Shown piece by piece: positions 1 through 9,596 of a stretch of 64,000 nucleotides of DNA. This DNA is from an uncultured Anaerolineaceae bacterium (GTDB lineage Bacteria; Chloroflexota; Anaerolineae; Anaerolineales; Anaerolineaceae): contig CAXYYH010000003.1 of NCBI GenBank assembly GCA_964293995.1, positions 5,176 to 69,175 on the forward strand. The letters are read 5' to 3'. The notes beneath the pieces were generated by a model. The model searched no databases and was not told the origin of the DNA. It worked only from the letters and a program-made list of their open reading frames with translations. Both the position numbers and the translations under genes were made by a program. Within the stretch, counting starts at the first letter, position 1. Every line of letters begins with the position of its first letter.

Positions 1-328
1 GGCGACCGAAATCCCGCTGGTTGTGCTTATTAATGAAGGCACCGCTTCGGCTTCCGAAATTACCGCCGGGGCAATTCAGGATTATGACCGCGGAACCCTG
101 ATCGGCGTGACCAGCTACGGCAAAGGCTCTGTGCAAAACTGGATCCCACTGCGAAGCGAAGAGGGCGGCGTGCGCATCACCATCGCGCGCTGGATCACCC
201 CCAACGAGCATCAGATCAGCGAGATCGGCCTTACCCCTGACATCGTGGTCGAATACACCCAGGAAGAATATGAAGCTGGCATCGATCCGCAATTGAACGC
301 TGCCATTGAATTTTTCAACAACAAATAA
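1..328 (+). CDS. C-terminal processing peptidase, S41 family (3' fragment; start lies upstream of window)
   Basis: Frame is open from nt 2. Motifs PLVVLINEGTASASEI and YGKGSVQ are typical of Ctp/Prc S41 peptidases. Confidence 0.85.
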   Translation, partial: ATEIPLVVLINEGTASASEITAGAIQDYDRGTLIGVTSYGKGSVQNWIPLRSEEGGVRITIARWITPNEHQISEIGLTPDIVVEYTQEEYEAGIDPQLNAAIEFFNNK

Positions 329-366
329 GCTCAACTCGTAAACGAGTGATGATGATTAAAATAAAA

Positions 367-391
367 CTGCCGACCAGAAGGTCGGCAGTTT
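367..391. terminator. Bidirectional hairpin terminator between convergent S41 and S8 genes
   Basis: ctgccgacc-agaa-ggtcggcag, a perfect 9-bp stem with an A-run upstream and ttt downstream. Confidence 0.7.
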
Positions 392-409
392 CCCCTTAAT
401 TTTCCAATT

Positions 410-2602
410 TTATCTAACGAGGAAGCTTGTATCAGCAGTCGCGGGCAGATATCCGGCCTTGGTTACTGTTGCTTCAAGTAAATAAGTGCCATAACCTGTC
501 TTACGGGCGTTGATTCGATAACTAAAGGTATAGGTTCCATTTGATCCGGTTGTTCCGGTGAAGGTTGTTCTGGTTCCATTCGCTGTCGTGAGCAAAACAC
601 TGACACTGGCGGACGGCACAGGCGCGCCATTTTGATCCACAACTGTAACCGTGCCGTAAACCCGGGCAAAATTGTAATATGAAGCAGCGTTCGTTGTGAT
701 CGTCGCAGAAAGTGCTTGCGCTGAGCTCGGCTCGGTAACATTTACCGTGACCTGTTGGCTGGCAGTCAAACCGCCGCTGTCAACAACACTGGCTTCCAAA
801 GTATGAGTACCGGTCGGTAGATCAGATTTGGTGAAAGATGCTCCGTTATACAGAATGCCGCCGTTCAGTTTCCAAACGATCGATCCGCTCAGATTGCCAT
901 CTTCAGCATCGCTGGCACTGGCTGTAAAGGTGATCGCGTCGCCGAGCGTAAAGCTGCTGTTATTTGATGGGCTGCTGATCGCGAGCGTAGGGGCTGTATT
1001 CTCTACCGGAGGTGTTGTTCCGCCAAGATAGTCAAGAGCTGCTTTGGCCTGAATCAGACCATAACCGTAATAAACATCGCGGCCAGGTGTGCCCAGATCA
1101 AGTGCGGTCGCGGTCAGAGCCGCGCGAATTTCAGCATTGGTCTTGTTTGGCACCGCGCTCCAAACCAGGGCTGCCACCGCGGAGACATGGGGGGTCGCCA
1201 TGGAAGTGCCGTTGTAATATTCGTAACCGCTGGCTGGTTGATCCACCGCGCTAAAAACGGTTGCGGTCTGTCCCAGTTTATTGGCAACCAAAAATTGCCC
1301 GGCTTCCTGGCTAAGTGAAATACCAATGATGGTAGAGCTGTTGCCATCACCAAGTGTTCCTCCAAAATCACCTGGTACATTATTGTAAATAATGGCCGCC
1401 ACGCCGCCGCTGTTTTTAACATTATTAACTTTCGTAAAGAAATCGTAATCACCGCGCTGGCATAAAACAACCTTGCCGCTCCAGGAACCAGTTGTTCCAC
1501 AGAGACCTCCATCAACCAGGCTGCCGCTGGCAGTGCCACGGGCAGAATATTCGATGTGACCGCCGTTGTAATCGACACCGCTGACAGTAACTTTGTTGGT
1601 TTCGATATAAGGCACAGTCGAGAGCACATTCACACCTGGCGCAGCAATTTCGACCTGACTGTTGTATTGGGAGAAATCAGCCCAGTTCATATTGGAATCG
1701 ACAGCGGCCACAGACATGACCGAAGTATAAGAGGCAGGATAGGAAAGCCCGGTATTACCGTCGTTTCCTGCTGCCGCAACGCTGAGAACACCGGCATTGT
1801 ACGCACTCGTGAAAGCGGTATTTTCCGCACGAACATATTGTGGGCCACCCAGACTCATGCTGACAACATTCGCGCCAGCCGCCCGACAGCGGCTTAACGC
1901 ATCGACCAGGTTGGATGCGTAAGTTGCCTTACCTGCATCATTGAAGAATTTAATAATGTAAAGATTAACCGTCCCAGGGATCACACCGACAACACCATAG
2001 GGATTGTTTTCAGCAGTGATGGTTCCGCCAACGTGCGAACCATGTCCGCCGCCATCACGAGACCAATCGTCATCAACCTGTGAATAGCCACCGATCGCGT
2101 TGGGCAGGTCTTCGTGACCCTGATAATAACCGGAGTCAATGATACAAAGGGTGCGATTTGCTGCCGTTGGAGCTCCAGCGTCAACAACGCCATCGCGATT
2201 CGCATCCCAAACATCGCGAGCCTGAACCAAATCGATGCCGTATGGAACAACTTGTCCGGTTTGTTCCAACACAGAGTAAGCCTGGTCGGTGACCTGAGAT
2301 TCCATGCTTTGGATCGGATAACGCAAGGCGTCTTCCTCAACATCCAGTACAAAGGGATTATTGAGAATGCCATTGAGGGCAGCCGTAGGAACGCTTACGA
2401 CATAAGCACCCAGTTCAGGGAAGTCAAAATGAACTTTGGCACCATTCCCGGTCAACATCTTGAGCACGCTGGGCCCGGCGCTGTCTTTATAGCTAACCCA
2501 AATACGGGTGGTTTCGGGAGGATCAGCCGCAACCGGGCTGGCGACGCTGGCAAGGAGCATCAGGATAAGGATAAAAACGATTAAAACTTTCTTATGTGAC
2601 AT
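410..2602 (-). CDS. Secreted subtilisin-like serine protease (S8) with PA domain and C-terminal Ig-like / carboxypeptidase-regulatory-like domains
   Basis: Signal peptide MSHKKVLIVFILILMLLASVASPVAA. Triad motifs IIDSGY, GHGSHVGGT, GTSMATPHVS. AGGAG lies 6 nt upstream of ATG. Confidence 0.93.
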   Translation of the reverse strand: MSHKKVLIVFILILMLLASVASPVAADPPETTRIWVSYKDSAGPSVLKMLTGNGAKVHFDFPELGAYVVSVPTAALNGILNNPFVLDVEEDALRYPIQSMESQVTDQAYSVLEQTGQVVPYGIDLVQARDVWDANRDGVVDAGAPTAANRTLCIIDSGYYQGHEDLPNAIGGYSQVDDDWSRDGGGHGSHVGGTITAENNPYGVVGVIPGTVNLYIIKFFNDAGKATYASNLVDALSRCRAAGANVVSMSLGGPQYVRAENTAFTSAYNAGVLSVAAAGNDGNTGLSYPASYTSVMSVAAVDSNMNWADFSQYNSQVEIAAPGVNVLSTVPYIETNKVTVSGVDYNGGHIEYSARGTASGSLVDGGLCGTTGSWSGKVVLCQRGDYDFFTKVNNVKNSGGVAAIIYNNVPGDFGGTLGDGNSSTIIGISLSQEAGQFLVANKLGQTATVFSAVDQPASGYEYYNGTSMATPHVSAVAALVWSAVPNKTNAEIRAALTATALDLGTPGRDVYYGYGLIQAKAALDYLGGTTPPVENTAPTLAISSPSNNSSFTLGDAITFTASASDAEDGNLSGSIVWKLNGGILYNGASFTKSDLPTGTHTLEASVVDSGGLTASQQVTVNVTEPSSAQALSATITTNAASYYNFARVYGTVTVVDQNGAPVPSASVSVLLTTANGTRTTFTGTTGSNGTYTFSYRINARKTGYGTYLLEATVTKAGYLPATADTSFLVR

Positions 2603-2809
2603 TTGTTCTCCTTAATTCAATTGTGGTTCGTAAAAACAGTAAAAGGGATGCAAATTCATGGACGAATTTCCATGAATTCTGGAATTATACATAAAGTTAT
2701 TTAGATTTGATTTAGATAATGAAGCAATACCACAAATTTTTTCGCAAAACCAGTGCAATCGTAGCATCAGAACCTTTTAATGAAGACAGTAGCCTTAATA
2801 TCATAAACA

Positions 2810-2853
2810 GCGGACGGGAATAATACCCTGACGGGCACAGGCCCCATCCGTAC
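2810..2853 (+). repeat. Family-2 hairpin repeat, copy A (forward)
   Basis: gcGGACGGGaataATACCCTGACGGGCACAGGCCCCaTCCgtac. Shares CAGCGGACGGG left end, GGGCACAGGCC core and CCGTAC right end with copies at 14336 and 30428. Confidence 0.75.
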
Positions 2854-2896
2854 TGTACTCATAAGTTCGGTTTGTTTCCTGGTGACCAGGAGGCGA

Positions 2897-2944
2897 GACC
2901 TGTGCGCGGCACGAAGTGCTATGCCCTCCGGGTATTTCCGCTCG
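2897..2944 (-). repeat. Family-2 hairpin repeat, degenerate inverted partner A'
   Basis: Reverse complement reads gcggaaATACCCggAGGGCAtagcacttcgtgccgcgCACAGGtc. It is inverted relative to copy A and lies about 45 nt away. Confidence 0.5.
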
Positions 2945-3031
2945 TATTTGAAAAGATCGAATATTTGACCGAATCCAACAAGGCTTTACCCCACCTGTGT
3001 ATAATGAGTAAAAAGCAATAAAGGAGAGCGA

Positions 3032-4855
3032 ATGACCGAAAACATTCCCCGCTGGGACCTCAGCAACATTTATACAGGGCTCGATGACCCAAAATTAGAA
3101 CAAGACCTTGCCTCCGTGCAGGACGATGTCACAAGCCTGACTACTTTTTTTGAAAATGAACTTTTCCCCCTTCAGGGGGCTCCTGCAGGCGCAGAAAAGC
3201 TCAGCCATTTGTTGAGTCAATTGGTGGACAGATTAAATTCCCTGCATGTCAGAGCGAGCACGATCGGCTCTTACCTTTACGGTATCACCAGCACCGATTC
3301 CTTTGACAAAGCCGCCGAGCAGCTCCAGTCAAAATTTGAGATCGGGCTCCTGCCCCTGCAAAACATCAACACGCGCATCGTCGCCTGGCTGGGCAAAATT
3401 GCCGATCAGCTTCCCACGGCGCTTGAGCTGCCTGGTTCCGCTCGCGAACACGCTTTTATTCTGCGCGAGTATGCCGAGCAAAGTCAGTATCAGATGAGCG
3501 AAGCTGAAGAAGAGCTTGCCAATGAGCTTTCCCTATCTGGCGGTTCCGCCTGGGGCAACCTGCAGGGCACGCTCACCTCTCAGAAAGAGGTCCAGTTTGA
3601 GCTCGATGGAAAAGTGCAAACCCTACCCCTGCCTGCCCTGATCAACCTGCGTAGCCACCCATCGGCGGATGTTCGGGAGCGCGCCTACAAGCTCGAAATG
3701 GCAACCTTTGAAGAAATGAAAGAAACCCTGGCTGCCTGTCTGAACGGCGTCAAAGGGGAGGTCAACACGCTCGACCGCAAACGTGGGCGCGAGGACTGCC
3801 TGCACTCTTCTCTCGATATGGCCCGCATCGACCGCGCCACGCTTGAGGCGATGGTCGAGGCGATCAGGGACGCCTTACCCATGTTCCGCGACTACTTCCG
3901 CGCCAAAGCCAAATTGCTTGGTACGGAAAAGTTACCCTGGTGGAGCCTGTTCGCGCCAGTCGGCAGCGTTGACAAGACCTATACCTTTGAAGAAGCCAGG
4001 GAGATCATTCTAAAAAACTACGGCAGCTTCTCGCAGGAAATGGCAGATTTTGCCCAAAACGCTTTCGAGAACAACTGGATCGACGCGCTGCAGCGCCCCG
4101 GCAAACGCGGCGGCGCCTATTGCATGGGCATTGACGCGACCAAAGAAAGCCGGATCATGTCTAACTTTGACGGTTCATTCGACCAGGTCATGACCCTCGC
4201 CCACGAACTTGGCCACGCCTGGCATAATTACTGCGCGTTCCAGGCCAGGAAAACTCCCTTGGAGACCCAAACTCCAATGACGCTGGCAGAGACCGCTTCG
4301 ATCATGTGCGAAACGATCGTCCTGAATGCCCTGCTCAAACAGATCGAAGACCCCGCCACCGAACTGGCCGTTCTTGAGACTTCCATCTCCAGCGACGCCC
4401 AGACCATCGTCGATATTTATTCACGCTTCCTGTTTGAAAAAGAGGTTTTTGAACGCCGCAAAAACGCCACCCTCTCCGCTGACGAGATCAGCGGGATCAT
4501 GCTTCAGGCGCAGCGCGATAGTTATGGCGACGGCATCGACCCTGAGGTGATGAACAAATTCGCCTGGACCTGGAAGCCGCACTATTACAGCACCGGCATT
4601 TCCTTCTATAACTACCCCTACGCCTTTGGCAACCTGTTCGCCAAAGGCCTGTACGCGATCTATCGGGAAAAGGGCGCTGCCTTTGTGCAGGACTATAAGG
4701 CCCTCCTGGCGAGCACGGGTGAGGGTTCTGCTGCGGATCTGGCTGCCCGCTTCGGCATCGACATTCGCACCAAAGCCTTCTGGGCTGCCTCCCTGGCCCA
4801 GATCGCCCCGCAGATCGAACGTTACAAGCAGCTTCAGGATACTAAGCTTGTGTAA
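3032..4855 (+). CDS. pepF: Oligoendopeptidase F (M3B family)
   Basis: HELGHAWH zinc motif, about 600 aa length typical of PepF, RBS aaaggagagcgaATG. Confidence 0.9.
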   Translation: MTENIPRWDLSNIYTGLDDPKLEQDLASVQDDVTSLTTFFENELFPLQGAPAGAEKLSHLLSQLVDRLNSLHVRASTIGSYLYGITSTDSFDKAAEQLQSKFEIGLLPLQNINTRIVAWLGKIADQLPTALELPGSAREHAFILREYAEQSQYQMSEAEEELANELSLSGGSAWGNLQGTLTSQKEVQFELDGKVQTLPLPALINLRSHPSADVRERAYKLEMATFEEMKETLAACLNGVKGEVNTLDRKRGREDCLHSSLDMARIDRATLEAMVEAIRDALPMFRDYFRAKAKLLGTEKLPWWSLFAPVGSVDKTYTFEEAREIILKNYGSFSQEMADFAQNAFENNWIDALQRPGKRGGAYCMGIDATKESRIMSNFDGSFDQVMTLAHELGHAWHNYCAFQARKTPLETQTPMTLAETASIMCETIVLNALLKQIEDPATELAVLETSISSDAQTIVDIYSRFLFEKEVFERRKNATLSADEISGIMLQAQRDSYGDGIDPEVMNKFAWTWKPHYYSTGISFYNYPYAFGNLFAKGLYAIYREKGAAFVQDYKALLASTGEGSAADLAARFGIDIRTKAFWAASLAQIAPQIERYKQLQDTKLV

Positions 4856-4892
4856 CAGTATCCGTTGATTCGGTTTTAGCGTCCAGGTACAG

Positions 4893-4923
4893 AGAGGAAC
4901 TCAGGAGGGTTCCTCTTTTTTTC
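4893..4923 (+). terminator. Rho-independent terminator after pepF
   Basis: agaggaac/gttcctct stem followed by a T7 run. Confidence 0.8.
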
Positions 4924-5102
4924 TTTGTTTTTTAATCCTGAAGAGGGATAGCCTGCCAGGACAACAATTTAAACGGTTTTGTAAAGCTCATCGCAAAACA
5001 TTCGCTCAAGCTGTACTAAAATTGCTAACAAGAATACGGTTGAGCCTGATGCCAGAGCTGTTGTTTTATCGCGCGACCAGATGAAATGAATGGAGGAAAA
5101 GC

Positions 5103-5600
5103 ATGAATTTTGGATTTTCCTATGTGGGTTTGATCTTTCTTTTAATGCTAACGATCCCAAACCTTATTTGGACAAAGAATCAGCCAAAGGATTATGAAAA
5201 ATATGTCCAAAAAGAAAACAAGGTGCTTTTCTCCTTCGAGAGGATCGGGCAGGTTTTAGTAACCTGCACGGCGCTCATCTTTTCCGACTTTAATCTCAAG
5301 TCCTGGTCAAACTGGTCCTGGTGGCTGGCGGCGGCGTTTGTCATGATGCTGCTTTATGAGCTCAACTGGATCCGCTACTTCAAAAGCGAAAAAACGATGC
5401 AGGACTTTTACAGCAGCTTCCTCGGCGTCCCTGTCGCCCTCGCCACACTGCCTGTCCTGGCGTTTTTTCTACTGGCAATTTATGGAAAGAACATCGCGCT
5501 CGGCATTTCCATCATCATTCTCGGGATCGGTCACATCGGAATCCACCTGATGCACAAAAGAGCAGTTGATCAAACCAATATGACCGCGAATCAAGCCTGA
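5103..5600 (+). CDS. Hypothetical integral membrane protein (4-5 TM)
   Basis: ORF with RBS aatggaggaaaagcATG and several hydrophobic helices. I recognise no motif. The 5' part looks AT-richer than its neighbours. Confidence 0.6.
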   Translation: MNFGFSYVGLIFLLMLTIPNLIWTKNQPKDYEKYVQKENKVLFSFERIGQVLVTCTALIFSDFNLKSWSNWSWWLAAAFVMMLLYELNWIRYFKSEKTMQDFYSSFLGVPVALATLPVLAFFLLAIYGKNIALGISIIILGIGHIGIHLMHKRAVDQTNMTANQA

Positions 5601-5646
5601 ATGGGTTCGCGAAATTCGTTAATAAACACAAAACATTTTCAGATAA

Positions 5647-5676
5647 AAAAACGTCCCTGAAACAGAGACGTTTTTC
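5647..5676. terminator. Bidirectional terminator between convergent membrane-protein gene and fhs
   Basis: aaaaaaacgtc ... gacgttttt hairpin flanked by an A-run and a T-run. Confidence 0.7.
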
Positions 5677-5718
5677 GTACTGCCAAAGAAGTATTGGCCT
5701 GTATTGTGCTTTTTTAAA

Positions 5719-7635
5719 TTAACTCAACCCCAATATCTTGCCAGTCTCGAAATCGATGTCGATATCATAATAGGAAGGACGGGTTGGCAGACCTGGCATG
5801 GTGCTCATCGTCCCCAAAAGCGGGTAAACGAAGCCTGCTCCGACCGACGCGCTGATATCACGGATCGGGATACGGAACCCCTTCGGCACGCCCTTTAGCT
5901 CCGGATCATGGCTGAGGCTCAGATGCGTCTTGGCCATACAGATCGGCAGGCGGTCATAGCCAAGCCGTGTGTATTCCGCAATTCTTTCCTCAGCCAGCGG
6001 GCTGTAATCAACCCCATCAGCGCCATAAACTTCCCGCGCGATGGTCTCAATTTTTTCCTTGATCGAATACTCAAGCGGGTAGAGGAAGCGGAAGTCAGTC
6101 GGCAGCTCTGAAGCCTTCACGACAGCCTCTGCCAAAGCGACCGCGCCTTTGCCGCCCTGGCTGAAGTGATCCGCGACGACCGCGTCCACGATCGCCGGAT
6201 GCCCAAGCGCGATCTTCCGCACCAGGTCAAGCTCCGCGTCCGTATCGGTCGGGAAGCGATTGACCGCCACAACCACCGGAACGCCAAATTTTCGCGCGAT
6301 CTCGGCGTGCGCCAGCATATTGCCAGCGCCTTTTTCCACCAGCTCAAGGTTTTCGTCAACATATTCAGGCGCCAGCGGCGCGCCAGCGGTCACTTTCGGC
6401 CCACCGCCGTGCATTTTTAAAGCCCGAACGGTCGTGACCAGCACAACCACGTCCGGTTTGTTGCCGGAATAGCGGCATTTAATATCAAAGAACTTCTCCA
6501 TGCCCATATCAGCGCCAAAGCCGCTCTCGGTGACGACGAAATCCGCCAGTTTCAGCGCGATCTTGTCTGCCATGATCGAGCTGTTGCCGTGGGCGATGTT
6601 GGCGAAGGGCCCGGCATGAACCAAAACCGGTGTGCCTTCCAGCGTTTGCATCAGCGTTGGCTTGATCGTGTCTTTCATCAGCACCGTCAGCGCCCCGGCA
6701 ATGCCGAGGTCGTCCGCGGTTACCGGCTCACCGGCCCGACTTTGGCCGATCACGATCCTGGCGATGCGCTCGCGCATATCTTCCAGGCTGGTTGCCAGCG
6801 CCAGGATCGCCATCAATTCACTGGCGACACTGATGTAATAATTGGTTGGCAGCTCAAAATTTTCCTGGGCTCCCTGGCCAACGGTGATACCGCGCAGCAT
6901 GCGATCGTTGACATCAACAGCCCGGCGCCATGTAACGGTGGCAGGGTCAATATCGAGGCGGGCGAATTTTGCTTTTTGTTCTTCGGTCAGCAGGTCGGGA
7001 TCCGTCTCGGTGATGCCCAGTTTCTTCAGGCGCCCCTGCATCCCGCGGGCAAAATAGCGTTTGCCCTTTTTATCCTTCGGGCAAAGACGATTGAAAAGCG
7101 CCTTATCATTCTGGCCGGCTTCGTGGAACATGCGGGTATCGATCGCGGCTGCCAGGAGGTTGTTGGCCGCTGTGATCGCGTGAATATCACCGGTCATGTG
7201 TAGGTTGAAATCTTCCATCGGAATGACCTGTGAGTAGCCGCCGCCAGCCGCCCCACCCTTGATCCCAAAGGTCGGACCTTGCGATGGTTGACGGATACAG
7301 GTGATGACACTTCGTCCGAGATGAGCGCCCAAAGCCTGGCTCAGGCCAACCGTCGTGGTCGTCTTGCCTTCGCCCAATGGCGTCGGCGTGATCGCGGTTA
7401 CATCAACATATTTACCGTCAGGCGCGTCAGCCAATCGATCCAAAACGCTCAGCTTAATCTTGGCTTTGTGCTCACCGTAAAGCTCCAGTTCTTCGGGTCG
7501 CAGTCCCATTTCCTCAGCGATCTGAGTGATCGGCTTGAGCTCTGCAGCCTGAGCGATCTCAATATCGGCTGGAACCGGGCTAAGGGGTTCGATGACGGTC
7601 GGTATAAACCTGCGTAAACCTGGATGTAACTTCAT
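5719..7635 (-). CDS. fhs: Formate--tetrahydrofolate ligase, long form (638 aa)
   Basis: PADIEIAQ N-terminus and P-loop [16 protein letters not shown]. Start moved to MKLHPG (ATG 7635) because AGGAGA lies 6 nt upstream and the upstream gene stops at 7649. Confidence 0.95.
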   Translation of the reverse strand: MKLHPGLRRFIPTVIEPLSPVPADIEIAQAAELKPITQIAEEMGLRPEELELYGEHKAKIKLSVLDRLADAPDGKYVDVTAITPTPLGEGKTTTTVGLSQALGAHLGRSVITCIRQPSQGPTFGIKGGAAGGGYSQVIPMEDFNLHMTGDIHAITAANNLLAAAIDTRMFHEAGQNDKALFNRLCPKDKKGKRYFARGMQGRLKKLGITETDPDLLTEEQKAKFARLDIDPATVTWRRAVDVNDRMLRGITVGQGAQENFELPTNYYISVASELMAILALATSLEDMRERIARIVIGQSRAGEPVTADDLGIAGALTVLMKDTIKPTLMQTLEGTPVLVHAGPFANIAHGNSSIMADKIALKLADFVVTESGFGADMGMEKFFDIKCRYSGNKPDVVVLVTTVRALKMHGGGPKVTAGAPLAPEYVDENLELVEKGAGNMLAHAEIARKFGVPVVVAVNRFPTDTDAELDLVRKIALGHPAIVDAVVADHFSQGGKGAVALAEAVVKASELPTDFRFLYPLEYSIKEKIETIAREVYGADGVDYSPLAEERIAEYTRLGYDRLPICMAKTHLSLSHDPELKGVPKGFRIPIRDISASVGAGFVYPLLGTMSTMPGLPTRPSYYDIDIDFETGKILGLS

Positions 7636-7648
7636 TTTTCTCTCCTGA

Positions 7649-9013
7649 TTATTGTCCGAATTCAACGCCGTAGGGTAAGGTGGCGAAAGCCGTGATGCTC
7701 AGGCTATCGGGCGAACCCAGATAGGCAACCGGCACACTGACATTCACATAACTGCCCCCACGGATGATTTCTGTGGTCTGATAGCCGCCGCCAACGATCC
7801 TTCCGTCTTGGTTGCGCAAAACGACATAAACTCGGCTTTGGCTGACCGCGGCGTTCAGATTATTAATTACACTAACGCTGACATGGTTTTCATCGCTAAA
7901 ACTGGTCTGGGACGTTCCCAATGGATTGAATTCGATCGGAAATTGGCCAAATTCGCCCGGTACAAGCACGAAATCGACCGTCTTGCCCTCACATTCTTTG
8001 GGCAGCTGCAGGGCTTCGATCGCGAAAGCCACTTTTTCTTTCGGCCAGATCACGTCAATATAACCATTGCTGGCCTGGCAAATGCGATCGTTTTCATCAG
8101 AGACAGTCAGAATGTAAAAAGTCTCTGTCAGCATTCGGTCGGTCTGATTTTCGATCATCGCGCCACCCGCGAACTGATGGTAGCGATCAACGACGAAATT
8201 CCACTCGCCTTTTTTTAGCGAATTCCACCAGTTACCCCCTTCCAGAGAGGCAGAATAACTTGTCAGCCAGGGATGCACCTCGACATGATCGACCGTTTCA
8301 CCACGTTTGGCGTTGACGCGCAGATTGAAACCAACCTGATCTTTTTCAGGCAAAAAATCGAAAATTTTCCAACCGCCGCCAACGATCTGGCCAGCCTGAT
8401 TGTAGGCGATGGCGTTCAACTTCACCTGGGTATAGGTGTACGGGTCAGCATTGCTCAGCCAACCGGTCACGGAATAATCGTTGCCAACACGGAAGGCGGC
8501 GGTATTGCTGACCGTCAGCGCTTGCTTGTATTTGAGCCCGCGGTCGATCAGACCATCAATGACATGCACTTCCACCGTGGCGATCTCCAGCCCGGCGTTG
8601 AGTTGAAATTCCTGCACAAAGCCGGTTGTTTCGCGGGGAAAAAGGTAGCGAAAAGAAACGCGTTCAAGCGCGATCCGATTGCCGACGGCATCCAGCGCCT
8701 GAACTTCAAGCAAAACATCCCGCAAAATGGCATCCGAGAGCGTATTGAACAGCTTTGCCATCACCAGCACTTCGGTATCTTCCTGCAGGTATTCCAGTTC
8801 GGTGATGCGAACAGGATTGGGGTTATTGAGGTTTGGAGTTGGGGTTGGGTTGATCGGTTGGAGCGGATCCTGCGTCTCCGAAAGGGTCGGCGGGAAGATC
8901 GGCTGCGCCGTGGCAGTCGGGTCGCCATCCGGACCTTCAGGAACAAGACAGGAACTCAGCAGGATTGCCAGAATCAGAATCGTGATCGCGTAAAAAGAAA
9001 ATGAGCGCTTCAT
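7649..9013 (-). CDS. Lipoprotein of unknown function with four tandem beta-sandwich-like repeats
   Basis: Lipobox LLSSC and a Pro/Thr linker. Four repeats share a pattern like ...N......V.V.....D..G.IVGGG...... ATG at 9013 is preceded by GAGGTG. Only 13 nt separate it from fhs downstream. Confidence 0.75.
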   Translation of the reverse strand: MKRSFSFYAITILILAILLSSCLVPEGPDGDPTATAQPIFPPTLSETQDPLQPINPTPTPNLNNPNPVRITELEYLQEDTEVLVMAKLFNTLSDAILRDVLLEVQALDAVGNRIALERVSFRYLFPRETTGFVQEFQLNAGLEIATVEVHVIDGLIDRGLKYKQALTVSNTAAFRVGNDYSVTGWLSNADPYTYTQVKLNAIAYNQAGQIVGGGWKIFDFLPEKDQVGFNLRVNAKRGETVDHVEVHPWLTSYSASLEGGNWWNSLKKGEWNFVVDRYHQFAGGAMIENQTDRMLTETFYILTVSDENDRICQASNGYIDVIWPKEKVAFAIEALQLPKECEGKTVDFVLVPGEFGQFPIEFNPLGTSQTSFSDENHVSVSVINNLNAAVSQSRVYVVLRNQDGRIVGGGYQTTEIIRGGSYVNVSVPVAYLGSPDSLSITAFATLPYGVEFGQ

Positions 9014-9168
9014 TTGCTTACCCACCTCTATTATAAACGCTTCATGAGCCCTGACAAATCTTTTCGGTTATTAAACAGCATTTCTCAGCATGTAATTTCT
9101 ATAGCTCAGATTCCCCTTTCCTCAAGCGAGTGTTTTTTTGGACCGAAATCGACCTGTAAGACCTGTAA

Positions 9169-9194
9169 GGACGGGGCTTGACCCCGTCCGCTAC
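9169..9194 (+). repeat. Family-2 minimal hairpin (copy D)
   Basis: GGACGGGGcttgaCCCCGTCCgctac. It has the closing stem of family 2 without the internal module and is preceded by the direct duplication gacctgtaag/acctgtaag. Confidence 0.6.
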
Positions 9195-9334
9195 TTATGC
9201 ACATTAAATGACCAGATACATTTTTGTATTTTAAAATTATTAGCGACACAAACTTTCAACCCAATACTTTTTTCATGTAGAGAATTGCTGGTCATTAAAA
9301 TGCGAGGAGGCTTCCAGACCTACTCGAGCCAGCA

Positions 9335-9361
9335 TAAAAAAAGAGACCCGTAAAGGTCTCT
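9335..9361 (-). terminator. Rho-independent terminator of tRNA-Leu
   Basis: On the minus strand, agagacc-tttacg-ggtctct followed by a T7 run. Confidence 0.8.
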
Positions 9362-9362
9362 A

Positions 9363-9446
9363 TAGGGCGGGTGGGGGTCGAACCCACACAGTGTCACCAC
9401 CGACGGATTTTAAGTCCGTTGCGTCTGCCTATTCCGCCACCGCCCC
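9363..9446 (-). tRNA. tRNA-Leu (anticodon TAA)
   Basis: Manual fold: acceptor GGGGCGG/CCGCCCT, anticodon arm ACGGA-CTTAAAA-TCCGT, long variable arm, T arm GTGGG-TTCGACC-CCCAC. CCA is not encoded. Confidence 0.92.
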
Positions 9447-9596
9447 GAAACAGGTAAGCAGTATTCTACCATCAGTCAACCTTTTTCGTGGAAATTGATG
9501 GTTTTTGATCTCTGGATTTTTCGCACAATGTTCCATCGCCCAATTCGCGCATTTTTGCCCTGCGTTCCTATTCATCAGGCGTATAATAGCCGGAAT

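Noticed and set aside
9138-9353. 71-aa ORF between the lipoprotein gene and tRNA-Leu
   Set aside because: It spans the family-2 hairpin and the tRNA terminator, and has no RBS or coding-like composition.
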